Positions 58,601-64,000 of a stretch of DNA of 64,000 nt are shown here, one piece after another. Under the pieces are notes generated by a model. The model was given only the letters and a program-made list of their open reading frames with translations. It made no database searches and was not told the DNA's origin. Source of the stretch: Ruditapes philippinarum (taxonomy: Eukaryota); the NCBI RefSeq assembly GCF_026571515.1, contig NW_026862663.1:868001-932000 (forward strand), given 5' to 3'. Each line of letters begins with the position of its first letter. Within the stretch, counting starts at the first letter, position 1. A program made the position numbers and the translations under genes.

Positions 58601-61600
58601 ACTTATCTGTAATGTATCTCCTTGGCTTGTTGCCAAACCACAGATAGCCACCCTGGATTACCTTAATGCTGCAAAACTACAAACTCTTGATGGGAAAAAA
58701 ACAAATTTTAGTGTAAGTACAAAATTATTTGTTTGGATAATCTTTAAAGTTGCATACTCAATTGAAAGACTAAAATGTTTACATATTATTAGGCTGTATG
58801 ATTATTACAAAATTTGAAACAGTGCTTTATTGAGATTTATAAAATAATAGTATACAATTAAAAGTATGTATTTATTTCCTATATTTGCAGGCCAAAGAGT
58901 TGTGGCAGAGAAATGGTGCAGTTGTAATGGCTGTCCGTAGACCAGGATGATCTTTATGTAGAGCGGTCAGTTGTTTATTAACTTTTTCTCCTTTTCTTAT
59001 TTGTTGTTTAAGGATACATTATGATGCATAGTTTTCAAAATCAATGGATAAATGCCAGTGTCCAGAAGAAGACCTCTATGATGCTTAAGATTCAAAGGAC
59101 TTCTATGTCTGGGACTGATAAAAAATCTCCAGAATAAATTAGGCTTTGTTTCACACCTACATAGATGCAGAATAATATAATTAAAATGCTCTTGTTGATT
59201 CAGTTTTTCCATGCAATCATACTACTAGTATTAATAAGGTTTAGTTTAGCTAAATAACATTGATGTTAGAAGGGTTACCCTTCTAGTTTATATGAATTTT
59301 ATTATATATATGTCCCTTCTGAAGGCATTTCACTTTTTCTTGTTTCACCAAGCTGAAAAAACATATAATTATTAAGATTCCTAAAGCATACCTTTCTACA
59401 TGAAGCAATCCCACCCTGACGATTTCTTTATTCTGGTAAATGTTTCCTGTCTTTGAAAACACCAACAATTTTGTATAAAATATTGATGGTACATATATTT
59501 GTATGTTTTCAGGAAGCCCAGGGCTTGTCCTCCCTTGTAGAGGAGATGGACGCCCGAGGTATCCGCTTACATGCAGTAGTGCATGAGGTTCTTGGTGCTG
59601 AAGAATTTAAATCATTCATTAAAGGAGATGTTTATTTAGATCCTGAGGTAAGATGATAGTAAATTGTGTGCATGTGCTAAGTTAGTAGACAAGGTTTACA
59701 GAGGGGAAGATAGTGTAAGTGTAAGTGTTGGGATGATAAATCCTGTGAAAAATTGGGGGATGAAAATTATCAATAGAAGGTGGTGTTAATATGTGTTATA
59801 TGATGATTAAAGCATGCAAGTTTAGTTTAAACATATTTTGTTGCATCAAATACATGCCAAATGTAATACAATTGATGAGTATATATATAACAAAAAGCAA
59901 ATGGGTTGGGCAACGAGTTCTAGCAACATTAGATTAAGCCCTTCCTAGGAAAGTATGCAAATTTACCAATGTTTGAAGGTAGTGAGACTATGCTCACTAG
60001 ATTTGATTGTAATATAATGTCTCCGATATATTTTGAAGATAAAACTTCTGAAGTAATCGGTTGTTAGTCTTGTTAAATAGTAATTTAAAGAAATAAATAC
60101 ATGATTCAATACTTGTTATATTTGTATTATGTTTACACTGTTGACAAAACTAACATAATGACATATTTCAGAAACATTTTTATGGCCCTCAAGAGAGATG
60201 GATGAATATTCCAGGAATTTTTAATTTCGAAACACTAGCCAGTATTATCAAAGAAATCCGTAAAGGAACTCCAGGAAATTCAAAAGGTGAAGGACGACTC
60301 TTAGGAGGTAAAAATATTTTAATTTAAAAGTTATGCACTAGATTAATGAATCTTGTGGATTGTATATTTTAAGCTATAGTTACCAGCTGAAGGTACTGAC
60401 CAGACCATCAGACTCATGGATAACTGTTTAAGACAGTAACAAGACTACTGAGTTTCTGCTGAAACAGTTTCCCTTAATATCCCAGCCTGTGTCAACAGCC
60501 AGTATTTGTTTTTTTCTTGCAAATTCAAATAATTAATTACATTGTATAGCTCAAAAAGAAATTAGGAAAACAAAAAATTTTTTTGGCACTTTTTCTTATA
60601 GCTCCATAAAGATTTACAGCTTCATTGACAATACCATCATGACATCATCTTAAATTTTCCATTTTTAGAAAATCCAGTATGATATGCAAGAAAATGTAAA
60701 TAATCATATATAGTTAAGACCATGTTTGACATTTCTATTAACATTTCCTTCTACATACACAGACCATGGTAATTCACGGAACTATTCATATAATTTAGAG
60801 TATTTCCAACATAGCTAGCAACCATAATGATTTACTAGCGTCAACACTCTTATAGTCTATACAGATTGTTTTGTAAGGTGCTTAACAGCATTTGATATTA
60901 AAATCCCTTTATTGAACTATGGATAGGTGTAAATTTGAAGCAGGGCCAATTATTTTCACAAAATGGTGTAGTAAATATAAAGTAAGCATATGCAGCAAAC
61001 CCTTAAAGATCCTGTATGTTGTAATTTAGGATGTAAAAACACTTAAGTGAAATTTTATATATGTATATAATTATTCTTCTAAAACAATTTCCAAACATCC
61101 AAGAATATCTTAAATATGTATTGCGATTGTTATGCCGCATTATGAGTAATCATCAAAATATATGCAGTCATTTCTTTTTGAAAAATTTGGCTTGGACTTT
61201 ATCGACAATAAATTTCTAATTACCTCCCTTTATTTATTTGGTATTATTGTTATAAATAATGCTTTTTGGAATTTACAATATTGATAAATCTAAATTTGAG
61301 CATCATATAAATGATATAAAACCATAAAAAAAATGAGTTACAGGATCTTTAACCTGCTGGAATTGAAAGGGATTAGCCTTTGCCATCAGTGTAGAGCCTG
61401 TCCAGCCTGGACATCAGTGCAGTCCGACCAAGCCTAATACTGTTGGAAGCTCAATTTAGGTATTTTGTTACTGATATATCTTCAAATGCAGAGCAAATCC
61501 ATTTCACATATTTCACAGTTGAGGGTAAATAATGATAATACAGAATTTCATCAATATTAACTTTTTCATTTCAGCCGTGTTTGTGATAGGTCCAGGTAAT

Positions 61601-61702
61601 CAAGGTATAGTGTTCCAGCACCATGAGAAAGTTATTGGTGATCTTGCAAACCTGGACGACATCAAAGATGCCATATCTAAAGTCAATCTTCCACGTGATT
61701 AA
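52674..61702 (+). CDS. PRXL2A: Peroxiredoxin-like 2A / selenoprotein U with Sec (TGA 58948-58950), ~226 aa; exons (52674-52675), 58508-58712, 58891-58965, 59513-59647, 60172-60307, 61575-61702
   Basis: ATLDYL..AKLQTL..FSAKELWQRNGAVVMAVRRPG[TGA]SLCRAEAQGLSSL..LHAVVHE..KGDVYLD..HFYGPQER..GNSKGEGRLLGAVFVIGPGNQGIVFQHHEKVIGD matches the PRXL2A/SelU family on both sides of the TGA. The start is either the split ATG (52674-52675 + 58508) or the ATG at 58554. Confidence 0.92.
53800..54710 (+). repeat. Decayed satellite-bearing element (caaggtcaaggtca-rich units)
   Basis: Recurring ggtcaaggtca motifs with related intervening sequence; ends in ggcaacgcc followed by a poly-C run. Confidence 0.5.
54973..57977. 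mobile_element. 3.0 kb non-autonomous DNA transposon with ~47 bp TIRs beginning CACAG
   Basis: cacagtatataaacgatttgaaccccaaccggatcttgtgagaagat (54973-55019) versus atcttctcacaagatccggttggggtacaaatcgtttatatactgtg (57931-57977): one mismatch; flanked by CC on both sides. Confidence 0.82.
55190..55935 (-). repeat. ~155-160 bp satellite array, truncated HINE-like insert inside the CACAG element
   Basis: Four units of gaaacttcataggtggatagat...gaggag...gcacaagaatgataactct; end ggcgggggatggccatgttgacatggctcttgttt. Confidence 0.72.
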
Positions 61703-62050
61703 CATAAACTTGTCATCCCGTAGATTAATATGTTCCGATCAAAATTCATCAGCAGCAAATGTATTTAATTTAAATACAGTTCAAGGAAGTGAATTCTTAA
61801 TGATTTTCTTTAATTTGTTCTTAACTCAGACAGTTTGATGACAATAAATACCCAGTATTAAAATGAGACATAAAAATTGAGTATACTATACAAAGTTCTT
61901 TCAGGAATACATTAAAATGAAGGTTGTGTATGTTCTGGAATTATGTTACAAATTTAATGTTATACAGAATATTCTAGTCTTAATCAGTATAATATCCATT
62001 CCTGTCCCATGTGTTTTATAATATAAAAGTTAACATTTATTGTAGAACAG

Positions 62051-62141
62051 AAGATATTATGTTATGATAAAATGAAACTCTCAAGTTCACTGGTTAACTT
62101 CAGACTTGAGAGTGGATGTGAAAGCATTTAACTTATATCTT
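62051..62141 (+). promoter_or_regulatory. Candidate SECIS element in the PRXL2A/SelU 3' UTR
   Basis: Core ATGAA (62072-62076) opposite GGAT (62114-62117); perfect 10 bp helix II ACTCTCAAGT/ACTTGAGAGT; apical TCA bulge plus mini-stem CTG/CAG; lower helix AAGATA..GTTA/TAAC..TATCTT; about 370 nt after the stop codon. Confidence 0.85.
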
Positions 62142-64000
62142 GTGTTCTCTATTCTAAATGTTGATTTTAATTGAAATAATGTGATTTTAATGTTGTAAAT
62201 AAATGTTAGAGGTTTATTAAATTTTGTACAAAATTCTTGTGAGTTTATTGTCTTCTTATATTGTATGACATACATTGTGAAGTATCAGCTTAAATGTGTC
62301 CTTGAAAAAAGTGGGAATTTTAAATGCACATATATTTTATGTTTCATAAACAGACATCTTAATTGTAATACATTAAAAAAACCTATATAATAAGATCATT
62401 AGATGTAATGTATAAAATTTAGGACAAAACTTTTTCAGATCAAATTTTCAAAGACAAAAGTGATCACATTGCGTCACCTGATGACACAGCCAATTAAGCA
62501 GTTATTTATATAAAGGAGTGATTGACCAGTGTTTTTCCCCCCTTATGCCGTGGCAAATTATTATCATATAGCTACTGTGTAGTAGAGATACAAAAATCAT
62601 AACAGGCCAAAATGCTTTTTTTATTTAAGGGTCATAACTCGTCCAAAAATCATTCAACTGGAAAAACCATTTCTTACGCGCAATTGCATGAGGTATCGAA
62701 CAATCAAAGATGGAGGGCCATAACTTGGCATTCCACTGGAAAACCCATGTCATTTCCTCTATCAAGAACTTGAACTACATGTACCATTAATCTTGTTAAA
62801 AATTTCATTCAAATTCTATAACTGGTATAACAGTAAACTTAAAAAAAATAAAAATCATTCAAGAGCCATAACTGACTAAAGTCACTTAACTGGAAATGCG
62901 GAAGATATGCCAAACTAGACTTTGACAGCTCTTTCCTGTAGTTTGGATGAAATTGGACCAGTTTTTTTTTTTAGGAGTAGTCCGTACAATTTTTGTGACG
63001 GACGACAGAGAAATAAGCTGCTACTTTGAAGCAGGGGGCGCAAAAACAACTATGTTTGTTAATCTTTTTTGATAATGGTCATTAACTTCAATACTTATGA
63101 AGCTTATGCATTGAATCTTTATATGTGAATGCACCTTGAAACACTTGCTTTCAGGCCAGAGGTCACTTGGAATATTACTTGTTCCTAGAATTTCCAGCAT
63201 TGCATGTAAATGCACATTGAGCGTTCTTTCAGTCACATCCTTTCATGTAAAAATTTTCTATGTAGATGTACCTTGAGTCCCATTTTCATGTCAAAAGGTC
63301 AAAGTTACTTAGTGAAAACTGATAACCAAACATTAAACTGGCCAATATTGCACCGTTTTTGGTAATACCTGCCATACCCATTTTTGGTCAAAATGACCAT
63401 TATTTATTTTGGATTAAGTATGATGGTCAATTATGCTTCTGTCTGCCATATAAAAAAAGGTAAAGGTTTGTGTAATCTTTTCTTCAAATTATCTCTTTAG
63501 TTTTAACTATTCAGAACTGAGAAAAATGGAGCACATTGCTTCTCAGAGCAAGCACTTGATATACATGTACCTATTAAGTTTCTATAAATGGTGGCCCAAG
63601 TTAACCTTTTTTGTTCAGAGATGAAAAATTAATTTGAAACTTGGTAGGGCACCAGTAGTCCTTAATGGAGACAATCAAACCCATTTGTTTAATCTTGAGA
63701 AAGATCCTACAGAGGTAAAGAACTTGCAATTTTATCTTTAGCAGACAATTTAAGGATCAATGGTCCATTTATACAAATGTTTGAATTCTTGAGAATCATT
63801 TTGACCCTTTGCTTTTGGTGATCTTGAAGCCTTTTTCAGTAATCAATGTTAACAAGCCATTAGTTTGACAAAATTACATACATCATTGTATGTATAGCTT
63901 TTATGGATATAGATTTGGTGCCGTTTGTCAGTCACTTTTGGAACATAACACTGAAACCGTTCTAGTTACATACCTTTAACTTTGTATGTGGCTACATCTC

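Noticed and set aside
58948-58950. Nonsense mutation making PRXL2A a pseudogene
   Set aside because: The TGA is exactly at the known Sec/Cys position, all other exons are intact, and a SECIS-like structure follows.
59513-59531. Small hairpin AAGCC-CAG-GGCTT about 16 nt after the Sec codon in spliced mRNA, as a Sec redefinition element
   Set aside because: Only 5 bp; too weak to support without conservation data.

Overview
AT-rich, intron-containing eukaryotic DNA; the repeat types suggest a bivalve mollusc (inference). I assembled seven protein-coding genes by hand from GT-AG junctions, and every model keeps its reading frame across the joins: COX10 (+, 5'-partial), ATF4/CREB2 (-), a 7-exon methylthioribose kinase (MtnK/MTK)-like gene (+), ecdysoneless ECD (-, 14 exons), LAMTOR2 (+), an intronless TBC Rab-GAP (GRTP1-like, -) and a PRXL2A/selenoprotein U gene (+). 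The last six form three compact head-to-head pairs. The main signals are missed by the ORF track: (1) PRXL2A/SelU has an in-frame TGA in a U-x-x-C motif (58948-58950), a candidate SECIS at 62051-62141 whose apical bulge lacks the usual AA, and a start codon apparently split by a 5.8 kb intron; (2) ATF4 has a short uORF plus an overlapping out-of-frame uORF, visible only after splicing; (3) an intact animal MTR kinase, an enzyme typical of bacteria and plants, shares a promoter region with ATF4. Introns and intergenic DNA hold tRNA-derived SINEs, TTAA-flanked MITEs, Helentron/HINE-like elements carrying 145-180 bp satellite arrays (one a ~447 bp higher-order repeat), two minisatellites and a nested set of TIR elements. 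All homology calls come from motif recognition, not database searches.
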